Below are positions 55,456 to 64,000 of a DNA stretch of 64,000 nt, in pieces. The first letter of the stretch is position 1; each line of letters begins with the position of its first letter. The position numbers were made by a program, and so were the translations under genes. The stretch lies in contig JBFMEZ010000025.1 in assembly GCA_040753215.1 (NCBI GenBank), forward strand, positions 64,001 to 128,000, given 5' to 3'. Origin of the DNA: Candidatus Micrarchaeota archaeon. GTDB lineage: Archaea; Micrarchaeota; Micrarchaeia; Anstonellales; Bilamarchaeaceae. The notes beneath the pieces are model-generated. The model searched no databases. It was not told the origin of the DNA and saw only the letters and a list, made by a program, of their open reading frames with translations.

Positions 55456-56493
55456 TCAGAGCCACTTATCCAATGTTCGTTGGCTTCTTGTTTCTTTTAC
55501 ATTGCTTAGCATTCCCTCTAAAGCTCTTTCTACCCTCTCCCTTGAGAAATCGTGCTCCTCCACCAACAATTCTATTACTCCCTCCCTGCTCGCCTTCCCC
55601 CACCCCAGCTCTCCGACCTCCTTCACTGGCGGGCTCATGAAAAAACCGAAAATCGCCTCCACATCCTCAGGAAACTCATATCCCTTCTCCTTCTTCAAAT
55701 ATGCCCTCACCTTCTCCAGCGTATCATTCTCTTTCACAATCTTCAGACCGGTTTTCGGCCCAATCCCCCGCACCCCTTCATTGAAATCCGTTCCCACAAG
55801 AATCCCAATCAAAATCAATTGCTCCCTCTTCAGCCCAAGCGCCTTCAGCGTCTCTTCCAGCTCCACCCTCTCAATCTCTATATCTATGAACCTATTCTGC
55901 TTCGGCACCTTCCTTTTCCCGGTAATGGACAAATTCCTCAAAAGCACCGGCGACCCAAATAGAACCGAATCATAATCCTGCGATGCGGCCGCATAGCAAA
56001 GCCCTGTCCCCACCATCCACGCTGCCTGCGCCTCCCCTTCAGAGGGCGCCTGCACCCAGGGAATCCCCATCAGTGAAAGCAGCCTCTTCCCCTCATCCAC
56101 CATCTCCTTGGTGAGCCGCGAGCTTGCCTGCGCATATTTCCTCGCCTCCTCAATTTTCTCCTCCGCAAGCGCCTTCTTCCATTTGTGCTCCGCCTCCCTC
56201 CGCACCTCTATCCTTTCCTCTATAGTTTTCCTCTTGAATTCCGGCGGAGGCCCGTCAAACACATAAATAGGTTTTATCCCAGCATTCACCAATCTTATGC
56301 TCCTGTAAAATAGCCCAGATAAATGCCCGGTCACCCGCCCCTTCATATCCATTAAGGGCGTCCCGTCCTCCTGCCTTATGGAAGCCAAAAATTGATAGAG
56401 TATATTCATCCCATCTATCGCTATGCTCTTTCCCGCAAGCTCCTCCAGCTCGACCTTGTGCTTAATTGCAAGGTCGCCCAAATCTACTCCCAT
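55456..56493 (-). CDS. fen: Flap endonuclease 1
   Basis: MGV, YQFL.SIR, APSEGEAQAA, SQDYD, GTDFN and PIP box QRTLDKW. Confidence 0.97.
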   Translation of the reverse strand: MGVDLGDLAIKHKVELEELAGKSIAIDGMNILYQFLASIRQEDGTPLMDMKGRVTGHLSGLFYRSIRLVNAGIKPIYVFDGPPPEFKRKTIEERIEVRREAEHKWKKALAEEKIEEARKYAQASSRLTKEMVDEGKRLLSLMGIPWVQAPSEGEAQAAWMVGTGLCYAAASQDYDSVLFGSPVLLRNLSITGKRKVPKQNRFIDIEIERVELEETLKALGLKREQLILIGILVGTDFNEGVRGIGPKTGLKIVKENDTLEKVRAYLKKEKGYEFPEDVEAIFGFFMSPPVKEVGELGWGKASREGVIELLVEEHDFSRERVERALEGMLSNVKETRSQRTLDKWL

Positions 56494-56557
56494 CCTAATC
56501 CTCGCTTACCTATAATCAGGCATACTTTTATTTCTCTGCCTGCCGCAGCCGGCAGAC

Positions 56558-56765
56558 TCACTGAACCTCCACGGCTCGGTCACACCTTGTAGTCGCCTGC
56601 GTGGCGGCGATAGGTCTGCCTAGCCATTGGGTGCGGCTACAAGGTGTGAGGAAGCCTCGGCATTTATGCCGGAGAGGAGAGCCGAGGCTTCCTCTAAAGG
56701 CAGCAGGAATACATCTGCCCTTTATCTACGAAGAAGCCACGGCCTTTAGGCCGTGGAGGGTCACA
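56558..56765. mobile_element. Non-autonomous IS200/IS605-like palindromic element, copy 2
   Basis: Intact right hairpin CCACGGCC-TTTA-GGCCGTGG, ends GGTCAC. Confidence 0.8.
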
Positions 56766-57006
56766 GAACAAGGAACTTCGTTTTAGCCAGCACTTCATGC
56801 ACTGCTGCAATCTCCATCCTTGACTCTATTGCCTCTATTTTCTTCCTAATTCTCTCGTACTCCTCCTCTTCTATGAACTCCTCCCCGCATTTGCCGCACA
56901 CAAACAGGGTCGTGTCCGAAATAACATACCTGCCAAGAAACATCCTATTTACTCCGCTAACCTTCTTCATGGAATGCCTGCATTTTGCGCATTTTATGCC
57001 GCTCAT
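56761..57006 (-). CDS. YgiT/MqsA-type zinc-finger protein (antitoxin-like)
   Basis: CAKC..CGKCGEEF; overlaps the upstream toxin-like gene. Confidence 0.78.
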   Translation of the reverse strand: MSGIKCAKCRHSMKKVSGVNRMFLGRYVISDTTLFVCGKCGEEFIEEEEYERIRKKIEAIESRMEIAAVHEVLAKTKFLVL

Positions 57007-57284
57007 CTTTTCTTCACCTTATGGTACTGTTCCACCTGCCATCTCGAAGATTCGTATCCTGTGATTATTATAATCCTGTCCTCTTCCTCTTCCAGCACCA
57101 ATGTATAGTACTTGTCCGCCTTTTGTTTATAAACGCATAAGGTCGCCCCGCTCACCTTGTCCTCCAGCCGGACGCCCTTCTCAACGATCGCTCTCACTTC
57201 CGCTATCGGCATCTTCCTTTCCAAGAGCCTGTCAGCCGCATGCTTCGTCATTATCATTCGCTTGTTTCTCATTCTATCCGTCAT
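57003..57284 (-). CDS. DUF4258-like (RelE/BrnT-fold) toxin-like protein
   Basis: TKHA.DRL.ER and IIITGY motifs. Confidence 0.78.
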   Translation of the reverse strand: MTDRMRNKRMIMTKHAADRLLERKMPIAEVRAIVEKGVRLEDKVSGATLCVYKQKADKYYTLVLEEEEDRIIIITGYESSRWQVEQYHKVKKR

Positions 57285-57371
57285 GAACTTTCTGCCCCAG
57301 AATAAAAACATTTGCCAGGTGCGATGCCACTAATCGGTTCTCAGTTTCCGGCTCCCAGTTTCCAGAACCAT

Positions 57372-57908
57372 CTACTCGTTCTTCTTTTTCTTCTGCATTT
57401 CCAACATATCCAGGAGAGTAAGCTCAGTCTTCCCCCCTCCGCCTTTAGGGGTAGGTGAAACCGAGACCTCCACCTTCTCCACTAATTTTATTCCCAAGGC
57501 CTTCTCCAGTTTCCTCGCCTCCTCCAGGCTGGGCGCAACCCTCTCATTCTCAATCTTGTCCAGCCAGGAGGCCTTCACATTCACTTTCCGCGCCAGCTCC
57601 TCAATCGTCATCACGCGCGTCTTCTTCTCCTTCTTCCCGTATTCGTTCACTTCCTCAAAAGTAATCTTTACATTCTCCCGCGCCCTCCTGATTTTCCGCC
57701 CGTACCCGTCCACCACTTCCTCTTCCATCCGGAACTGTTTCGGAGTAGTATAGTCCACTTTAACGGGCGCTTCCTCTTCTTCCCCGCTCCCCAAAGAATG
57801 CAGAATCTTCCCGTGGTAGGCGCAGCGGGGGCACACCGCCATCTTCGCGCCCTCCACCGCGATTATGAAGGCAACCCCCTTCCTCCCGCAGATGTCGCAA
57901 TCCACCAT
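57372..57908 (-). CDS. Archaeal multiprotein bridging factor aMBF1
   Basis: CDICG..VEGA...VC.RC zinc ribbon plus HTH. Confidence 0.88.
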   Translation of the reverse strand: MVDCDICGRKGVAFIIAVEGAKMAVCPRCAYHGKILHSLGSGEEEEAPVKVDYTTPKQFRMEEEVVDGYGRKIRRARENVKITFEEVNEYGKKEKKTRVMTIEELARKVNVKASWLDKIENERVAPSLEEARKLEKALGIKLVEKVEVSVSPTPKGGGGKTELTLLDMLEMQKKKKNE

Positions 57909-57957
57909 AAGCTAATTTTGCAGTTATTCTTATAAGCTATGCCTCCCCTACCCAACC

Positions 57958-58377
57958 ATGAAAACAATCTCCAACCTCCAGGAGCTTCTCAAGAACATGA
58001 AGCCAACCCTCTCAAAGGGAAAATTCTACATGGCTTCAATAGATGAATCCGAACTTATGGCTCTTGCCGGCTATGCAGATTACATAACCGACATATTCCG
58101 CGAGAAGGAGGGCCTGAGCATCGTGTTTTCCGAAGAAATAAAGGAAGAGATGGAAAGCTTGACTGAAAAGAAGATATTCGGCCCCTTCGCCCTCATAACC
58201 CTAAATGTATACTCCGACCTCATGGCAGTGGGCTTCCTTGCAAAAATAACAGAAACCCTTGCGAAGGAAAAAATAAGCGTGAACGCCTTCTCCGCCTACA
58301 ACCACGACCATCTTTTCGTCCCATACGAAAGGAAGGAAGACGCCCTAAAGGCACTTCAGAAGCTCCAGAAAAGCTGA
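57958..58377 (+). CDS. ACT-domain protein (DUF2241/ACT_7-like)
   Basis: FREKEG, S.L.AVGF and SAY.HDHLFVP motifs. Confidence 0.88.
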   Translation: MKTISNLQELLKNMKPTLSKGKFYMASIDESELMALAGYADYITDIFREKEGLSIVFSEEIKEEMESLTEKKIFGPFALITLNVYSDLMAVGFLAKITETLAKEKISVNAFSAYNHDHLFVPYERKEDALKALQKLQKS

Positions 58378-58434
58378 GGCAAAATCCCGCACAAAGGTAA
58401 AGTGTTTTAATCCCGCCCCTCCAAATCCCTCCCA

Positions 58435-59787
58435 ATGGACCACGTCAAGCTCTTCGCAGTAATACTCCTCACGGCAATCGCTATCTGGGCAATAGTCCAG
58501 ACCGACCTACCGCCCACTGCAAAGTTCATCTCTTCGATAATAATCCTCGCCATCTCCGGAGAGATAATCGCCCGCATCGCAAAGCTCCACAGCGACTGGG
58601 GCCTCATCCTTCTCCGCACCCAGAAGGGGATAGACATGGCAAGGGATTTTGCAAAAAGGGAAAAGTTCTGGAACCTCTTCTCTGATTTCGGCCTCGCCCT
58701 TTCCTATGGAATCCTCTCCTTCTTCGTAATAGAGAGAAGGGGCGCAAAAGAGAAGGCAGGCATAATCGCAGCCGCCCTCCTCACCATAACCTTCCTCCTC
58801 TTCTTCGTCTCGCCGCTCATCCTCCCCTTCCTTTCCTACACGCTCGGGATGCCGATAGGTGGAGGAAGGGCCGCGCATATAGACCCGCTCAGCTCCCTCC
58901 TCATTCTCGCCCTGGTCTATGTCGGCGGCTTCGTGTTCTTCATAACCGCCAGCCTCCTAATGTACGCGTTTGTGGTGATAGGCGCGGTCGCATCCACCCT
59001 TTTATGGGGAACAACCGCAATCTCAGAGACCGCTCCCGGCCTCACCCTTATTCTCCCGGGCATAAACATCCCGCTTTTCGAGGGCCTGCTCGCCCTCATA
59101 ATCATCCTTCTGGTCCATGAAGGCGCCCACGCGGTCCTCGCGGTAATAGGGAAAATCCCCATCCTCTCCTCAGGAATCGCATTCTTTGGGATAGTCCCAA
59201 TAGGAGCATTTGTGGAGCCCGATGAGAAGCGTCTTGCCACCAAATCCCCAGAAGTGCAGAAGCGCGTAATAGTCGCGGGCTCCACTGCCAATCTAACCAC
59301 CTCCATCCTCTTCTTCATCCTCCTCATTGCTTTCCTCTCCCTTTCCGCACCGTTCAAGGAAAAGGGATGGTATGTGCTCAGCGGAATGGACAACGGGACC
59401 ATAATTTATGCGATAAATGGAATCCCGGTGGAAAACCTTCCGGAAAATTATGCTGCCCCGAACACCACCATAAACCTCACCACCAATCGCGGAATAATCG
59501 AACGCACCGCCAATTCCACCGGAGGCTACGACATCTCATACATCCCGATGGACTACGCACCCTTCACCCAATACGCGAACCCGATCCTTTCCTTCATCTT
59601 CAAAACTTTAGTCCTCGCATTCGCCCTCAATTTCATCATAGGAGTAGTCAACCTCCTCCCGCTCCCCTTCTTCGATGGGATGCGTTTGCTGGAATTGTCC
59701 GTAAACAATAAGCGCTTCACTGATTTTGTAATGTATCTCATCCTGGCGGCTTTTCTGTCCAATTTACTCCCCTGGTTCTTCAGATAA
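58435..59787 (+). CDS. Site-2 protease (M50) membrane metalloprotease
   Basis: HEGAH, GAFVEPD and NLLPLPFFDG motifs. Confidence 0.92.
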   Translation: MDHVKLFAVILLTAIAIWAIVQTDLPPTAKFISSIIILAISGEIIARIAKLHSDWGLILLRTQKGIDMARDFAKREKFWNLFSDFGLALSYGILSFFVIERRGAKEKAGIIAAALLTITFLLFFVSPLILPFLSYTLGMPIGGGRAAHIDPLSSLLILALVYVGGFVFFITASLLMYAFVVIGAVASTLLWGTTAISETAPGLTLILPGINIPLFEGLLALIIILLVHEGAHAVLAVIGKIPILSSGIAFFGIVPIGAFVEPDEKRLATKSPEVQKRVIVAGSTANLTTSILFFILLIAFLSLSAPFKEKGWYVLSGMDNGTIIYAINGIPVENLPENYAAPNTTINLTTNRGIIERTANSTGGYDISYIPMDYAPFTQYANPILSFIFKTLVLAFALNFIIGVVNLLPLPFFDGMRLLELSVNNKRFTDFVMYLILAAFLSNLLPWFFR

Positions 59788-59906
59788 TTTTACCGCATTC
59801 ATCCAACATTGATTACTGGCATTACTGGAACCGAGGTCTCCTTTTATTTAAAAATAGCCCCATATAAATACATATACAATAGAACATATATGGGGTTCTG
59901 AAAAAG

Positions 59907-60221
59907 GTGAAGAAAATGGAGGAAAGATTGGAGGAGTTTGAGGAAATAGAGGAGCCAAAAAAGGGGAGAAAGCCAAGTTCTGATGAGTCCGAATCCGCAC
60001 CGAGCGAAAGCGTTGGCGCGAGGCCGGACTTCCGCGTGGTCCAGACCGAAAGGGATGCGGAGGGCAAGACAATATACAAGAACGTGGGTGGGCTCTGGAA
60101 GCGCACGAGCAAGAATGGAAACACATACTACAGCATGAGCATAGGCCGATTGAGGCTGCTCGTATTCCCTAACGACAGGGATGGTGGTTCTTATGGCAGA
60201 GAAGACAGAGAAGAAATATGA
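59907..60221 (+). CDS. Small protein, DUF736-like (possible ssDNA binding)
   Basis: VGGLWKRTSKNGNTYYS motif; overlaps the radA start. Confidence 0.55.
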   Translation: MKKMEERLEEFEEIEEPKKGRKPSSDESESAPSESVGARPDFRVVQTERDAEGKTIYKNVGGLWKRTSKNGNTYYSMSIGRLRLLVFPNDRDGGSYGREDREEI

Positions 60222-62691
60222 GCTCCCGAAGGAGCTGGAGGACCTTCCTGGAATAGGGGAGGCGACCGCGGAGAGGCTGCGCAAGGCCGGTTATACATCT
60301 ATGGACCAGATTGCGGCCGCGATGCCCCACGAGCTCGCGGAAGCGGGTGAATTCGGGGCGGAAGCCGCAAAGAAGGCCATCGCAGTTGCGCAGGAAGCTG
60401 TGGAGACCGGCTACGAGACCGCGGACCTGATATTCGAGCGCAGGAAGGAAATCAAGAGGATTCCAACCGGCTCCAAGAACTTCGACGATTTGATTGGAGG
60501 CGGAGTGGAGACCCAGGCAATCACCGAGTGCTTCGGAAAGTTCAGTTCTGGGAAATGTGTTTCCGGGGATACCCCGCTGGTCTTCTTCAATTCCAGCTCC
60601 CCGCACATTCGCTCCTTTGAGGACGTATATAATACATACAAGACCGAAGAGTTCGAGCAGGATGGCGGCACATTCTCCGTTCCCTCAAAGGAACTGCACG
60701 TGCTCAGCCTCGGGGATGACTGCCAATTGAGGAAGGAAAAGGTCCAGCACCTCTACAAGGAGAAAGTAACTTCGATACAAGAGATGGAAACCTCCCGCGG
60801 CTCGGTCATAAAGGCGACGAAGAGGCACCCGCTCCTCGTTTTCTCAGAAGAAGGGATGGAGTGGAAATCTTCTGGCCTTCTTTCCGAAGGGGCGTACGTT
60901 GCGGTGCCAAAAGAGATAAGGACAGAATCAGAGACGGAGATAAGCGCAGAGGATGCATATTTCCTCGGCCTCTTTGCCGCTGAGGGTACAGCCAATCCAT
61001 TCAGCATAACCAACTACGATGAAAAAATAAACGCAAAGCTGCACGACTACATACGAAAGAGGTTCGGCAGGGAGCCGTCCTTCAGGAAGGAGAGGGGCCT
61101 CACGCTCCTTTTCAAGGACGCAGAACCTTTGCTCGGGGAGCTCGCCTCTTCCAATTCCGGGACGAAGTTCATACCGGACAGCGTGCTCAGCGGAAGTGAT
61201 GAGATTGCTGCCTCATTCCTGTCGGGCTACATAGATGGCGACGGCTTCGTCTCCAACTGCCCCGAGCTTTGCACGAAATCCGCAAAACTCGCCTCCCAGC
61301 TGACCTACCTCCTTTCCCGCTTTGGGATAGGCTGCTCGGTCAGGCACAAGAAGGTGGAGGAGAGCAGGTTCTACAGGATTTTCATAACCGACGCAGGAAG
61401 CAAAACGCGCCTCATGAAAATCCTGGGCCAGAGCACGAAGGGCCTGGATGCGCTTTCCTGCGAAGGCAAGCACTCGGAATACGGGATTCCGTCCAAACCA
61501 TTGCGCACAATCCTGAAGCGGCTGCACGGGAAGCTCTCAGGCACGCACAGGAGGGACATCTCGGCCAAGAAGGCGGAAATAGCGGAGGGAAAGTTCTTCA
61601 GCCTCTATTTTAACTACCTTGCAAGGACTCCCGCGACCCGCGTGGCCACGGAAGAAACCGTGAAGCTTGCCCTGGATTTCTACAGGGAGAGGGTAGGGAA
61701 GATGCGCGGGCACGAGGCGCTCCTCTCGGAGCCAACAAGTGAAAAAATCCTCAACGCGCTTAGGGACATTCTGTTCAAGAGCACTGCCCTTGTGCAGAGG
61801 CTCGGGATAAAGAGGCCGACCTTCCAGAATTTCGTAACCAGGAAGAAAGTTCCGGAGGAAAGGGTTGCGCAGGTCGCCTCGGCTATCCGCACCCTTATTG
61901 CGGAGACTCTCTCGGACCCAGCCCTTGCAAAAGACCTCAAGACGCTGGAACTGCTCGCAAACGGGAACATGCGCTGGGAAAAGGTCATAAGGATGGAAGA
62001 GAAGCCCTACGACGGATATGTGTACGACCTGGTCGTTCCGGGGGCGCACAACTTCGTCGCTGGCTTCAAGCCGATGCTGATGCACAACACGCAGGTCGGC
62101 TTCCAGCTCGCGGTGAACGCCCAGAAGGCCCTCTCAGCCAACGGAACGCCCGCAAGGGTCCTCTTCATAGACACGGAAAGCACCTTCCGCCCGGAGAGGA
62201 TAATCCAGATTGCGGAGGCGCAGGGGCTGGATCCGCAGGAGGTCCTGAAGAACATCCTCGTCGCCAAGGCTGAGAACTCAGACCACCAGCTGATTCTCGT
62301 GGAAAAGGCCGGCAACGTAATCGAGAAGGAGAACATTAAGCTGATAATAGTCGACTCCCTCACCTCCCACTTCCGCGCTGATTACGTAGGCAGGGGCGCC
62401 CTTAGCGAAAGGCAGCAGAAGCTGAACAAGCACATCCACACCCTGCAGAAGTATGCGGACAAGTACAACATCGCAATCTATGTGACCAACCAGGTCATGG
62501 ACAACCCGGGGATTCTTTTCGGGGACCCGACCATGCCGATTGGAGGCCACATTTTGGCGCACGCAGCGACCTACCGCCTCTACCTGCGCAAGAGCAAGGA
62601 GGAAAAAAGGATTGCGAGGCTCGTGGATTCGCCCAACATGCCCGAAGGCGAGACGGTCTTCAAGGTCACGAAGGGCGGCGTAATCGATTAG
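60193..62691 (+). CDS. radA: RadA recombinase containing an intein
   Basis: HhH N-domain, GKFSSGK|TQ Walker A, IDTE.TFRPER and GGHILAH motifs. Confidence 0.96.
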   Translation: MAEKTEKKYELPKELEDLPGIGEATAERLRKAGYTSMDQIAAAMPHELAEAGEFGAEAAKKAIAVAQEAVETGYETADLIFERRKEIKRIPTGSKNFDDLIGGGVETQAITECFGKFSSGKCVSGDTPLVFFNSSSPHIRSFEDVYNTYKTEEFEQDGGTFSVPSKELHVLSLGDDCQLRKEKVQHLYKEKVTSIQEMETSRGSVIKATKRHPLLVFSEEGMEWKSSGLLSEGAYVAVPKEIRTESETEISAEDAYFLGLFAAEGTANPFSITNYDEKINAKLHDYIRKRFGREPSFRKERGLTLLFKDAEPLLGELASSNSGTKFIPDSVLSGSDEIAASFLSGYIDGDGFVSNCPELCTKSAKLASQLTYLLSRFGIGCSVRHKKVEESRFYRIFITDAGSKTRLMKILGQSTKGLDALSCEGKHSEYGIPSKPLRTILKRLHGKLSGTHRRDISAKKAEIAEGKFFSLYFNYLARTPATRVATEETVKLALDFYRERVGKMRGHEALLSEPTSEKILNALRDILFKSTALVQRLGIKRPTFQNFVTRKKVPEERVAQVASAIRTLIAETLSDPALAKDLKTLELLANGNMRWEKVIRMEEKPYDGYVYDLVVPGAHNFVAGFKPMLMHNTQVGFQLAVNAQKALSANGTPARVLFIDTESTFRPERIIQIAEAQGLDPQEVLKNILVAKAENSDHQLILVEKAGNVIEKENIKLIIVDSLTSHFRADYVGRGALSERQQKLNKHIHTLQKYADKYNIAIYVTNQVMDNPGILFGDPTMPIGGHILAHAATYRLYLRKSKEEKRIARLVDSPNMPEGETVFKVTKGGVID
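60556..62088 (+). mobile_element. Intein (511 aa) with LAGLIDADG homing endonuclease
   Basis: Starts CVSGDT, block B T.RHP, LGLFAAEG / FLSGYIDGDG, ends HN|T. Confidence 0.95.
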
Positions 62692-62693
62692 TT

Positions 62694-64000
62694 ATGTCTT
62701 TTGATTTTTCCCCCTTTTTGGAGGCATGCGCCGAGGCGAAGCGCACTGCCTTCTCCTTTTCCAATCCTTTAATCGTACATCACCTTGACGCCGACGGGGT
62801 ATCGGCCGGCGCAATAATCGAATCCGCATTCTGCGCCGAATGGAGAAAGCACAGAAGGATTTGCATAAAGAAATTGGGCGATACGGAATTAGACCAGATA
62901 AAAGATGAAAAAGAAATCATATTCGTGGATTTGGGCGGAGGCAATCCCCGCGTGAACGAGTTGCACGATGTCCTGATAATAGACCATCACCAGACCAAAG
63001 GCGTTGCGAAGCACCAGATTAATCCCCTCCTTTACGGAATAGATGGCGGGGACGAGCTCAGCGCAGCCGGAACCGCAGCACTGGTCTTCAATACCCACTA
63101 CGACCTCGGAGTTGTTGGTGCGGTGGGCGACATGCAATACCCCCTCCGCGGGGCCAACCGCCTCCTAATCGAGCGCGGGCAGAAGAAAGGCGAAATAGAA
63201 CTCGCAAACGAGCTCCGCATGTTCGGCCGTTACTCCCGCCCCCTCACCCAATTCCTCGCCTACTCGGATGAGCCCTACCTTCCCGGCATCTCCTTCAATG
63301 AATTGAATGCGGAAAAATTCCTCTCGGATTTGCAAATCCCTCTCCAGAAAGGAGAGAAATGGCGCACCTACTCAGACTTATCCGGATCTGAAAAGAAAAA
63401 ATTAGTTTCCGCCCTTTCCGACCTCCTGGTGGAGAAAGGAAAGCCCTTCCTCGCTGAAAATCTCATCGGCGAGACCTACCTCCTCACGAAAAGGGAAAAG
63501 AGGAGCGAGACCTTCGATGCTTCCGAATTCTCCACAATGCTCAACGCATGCGGAAGGCACGGCAGGCCGGATGTCGGGGTAGCTGTCTGCCTCGGCGAAA
63601 AATGGGCAGAAGAAGAGGCAGCGCAGCTCCTCCGCCTCCACAAGACAAGAATCCGCGAGGGAATTCTCTTCGCCCGCGAATCAATCGTGGATTTCGGCCC
63701 CTTCCTCTTCCTGGACGCACGGGACAAAATAGAGGATTCGGTGCTCGGGATAGTGTGCGGGATGGCAATAGGCGGCTCGCCCAAGCCGATTCTCGGAATC
63801 GCATCTTCCGAGGAAGGAAAATCCATAAAGGTCTCGGCTCGTGGAACCCGCGGCCAGGTGGATGCAGGCCTAAACCTCGGGAATGCGATGGCTGCAGGCG
63901 CAGAAGCGTCGGGAGGGGTGGGCGGCGGCCACAAAATCGCCGCAGGAGCAAACATCCCTTCCGGGAACCTAAATCTTTTCCTTACGGCAGTCGCCGGTTA
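62694..64000 (+). CDS. RecJ/GAN/Cdc45-like DHH phosphoesterase, 3'-truncated by window edge (not in ORF track)
   Basis: Manual translation gives HHLDADG, VDLG, IIDHH, GAVGDMQ, NACGR and GGGH..AAGA. Confidence 0.9.
   Translation, partial: MSFDFSPFLEACAEAKRTAFSFSNPLIVHHLDADGVSAGAIIESAFCAEWRKHRRICIKKLGDTELDQIKDEKEIIFVDLGGGNPRVNELHDVLIIDHHQTKGVAKHQINPLLYGIDGGDELSAAGTAALVFNTHYDLGVVGAVGDMQYPLRGANRLLIERGQKKGEIELANELRMFGRYSRPLTQFLAYSDEPYLPGISFNELNAEKFLSDLQIPLQKGEKWRTYSDLSGSEKKKLVSALSDLLVEKGKPFLAENLIGETYLLTKREKRSETFDASEFSTMLNACGRHGRPDVGVAVCLGEKWAEEEAAQLLRLHKTRIREGILFARESIVDFGPFLFLDARDKIEDSVLGIVCGMAIGGSPKPILGIASSEEGKSIKVSARGTRGQVDAGLNLGNAMAAGAEASGGVGGGHKIAAGANIPSGNLNLFLTAVAG

Overview
Archaeal chromosome segment, most consistent with a DPANN lineage such as Micrarchaeota (inferred from gene content). 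The backbone carries archaeal housekeeping genes: pepA, hef, pheT, purF, nreA, tfe, glmU, glmM, tpiA, thrS, secD/secF, glnA, thyX, mtnA, the GINS-rpl44e-rps27e-eIF2a-nop10-PAC2 cluster, fen1, intein-containing radA and a RecJ-like DHH protein. There are four tRNAs. The most striking signal is a recurring architecture not explained by any gene in the window: [intact gene] - [optional cargo] - [conserved hairpin element ending ...GGA or GAGA] | G[second, often synonymously diverged copy of the same gene's 3' end]. It is seen at secF, GINS, fen1, tRNA-Gly and tRNA-Thr, probably at thrS and tpiA, and at a pilin N-terminus. The same elements abut the +1 base of three tRNAs. Other notable features: a modular palindrome family embedded in GTTTCCR heptamer arrays (one inside a 136-nt tRNA-Thr intron, two probably translated in frame), a sigma-70-like protein in an archaeon, a probable remote DGR target gene, two IS200/IS605-like non-autonomous elements, a perfect 16-bp palindrome present three times, and a standalone Cas2-like ORF. 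No CRISPR array, integrase, transposase or reverse transcriptase is visible in the window.
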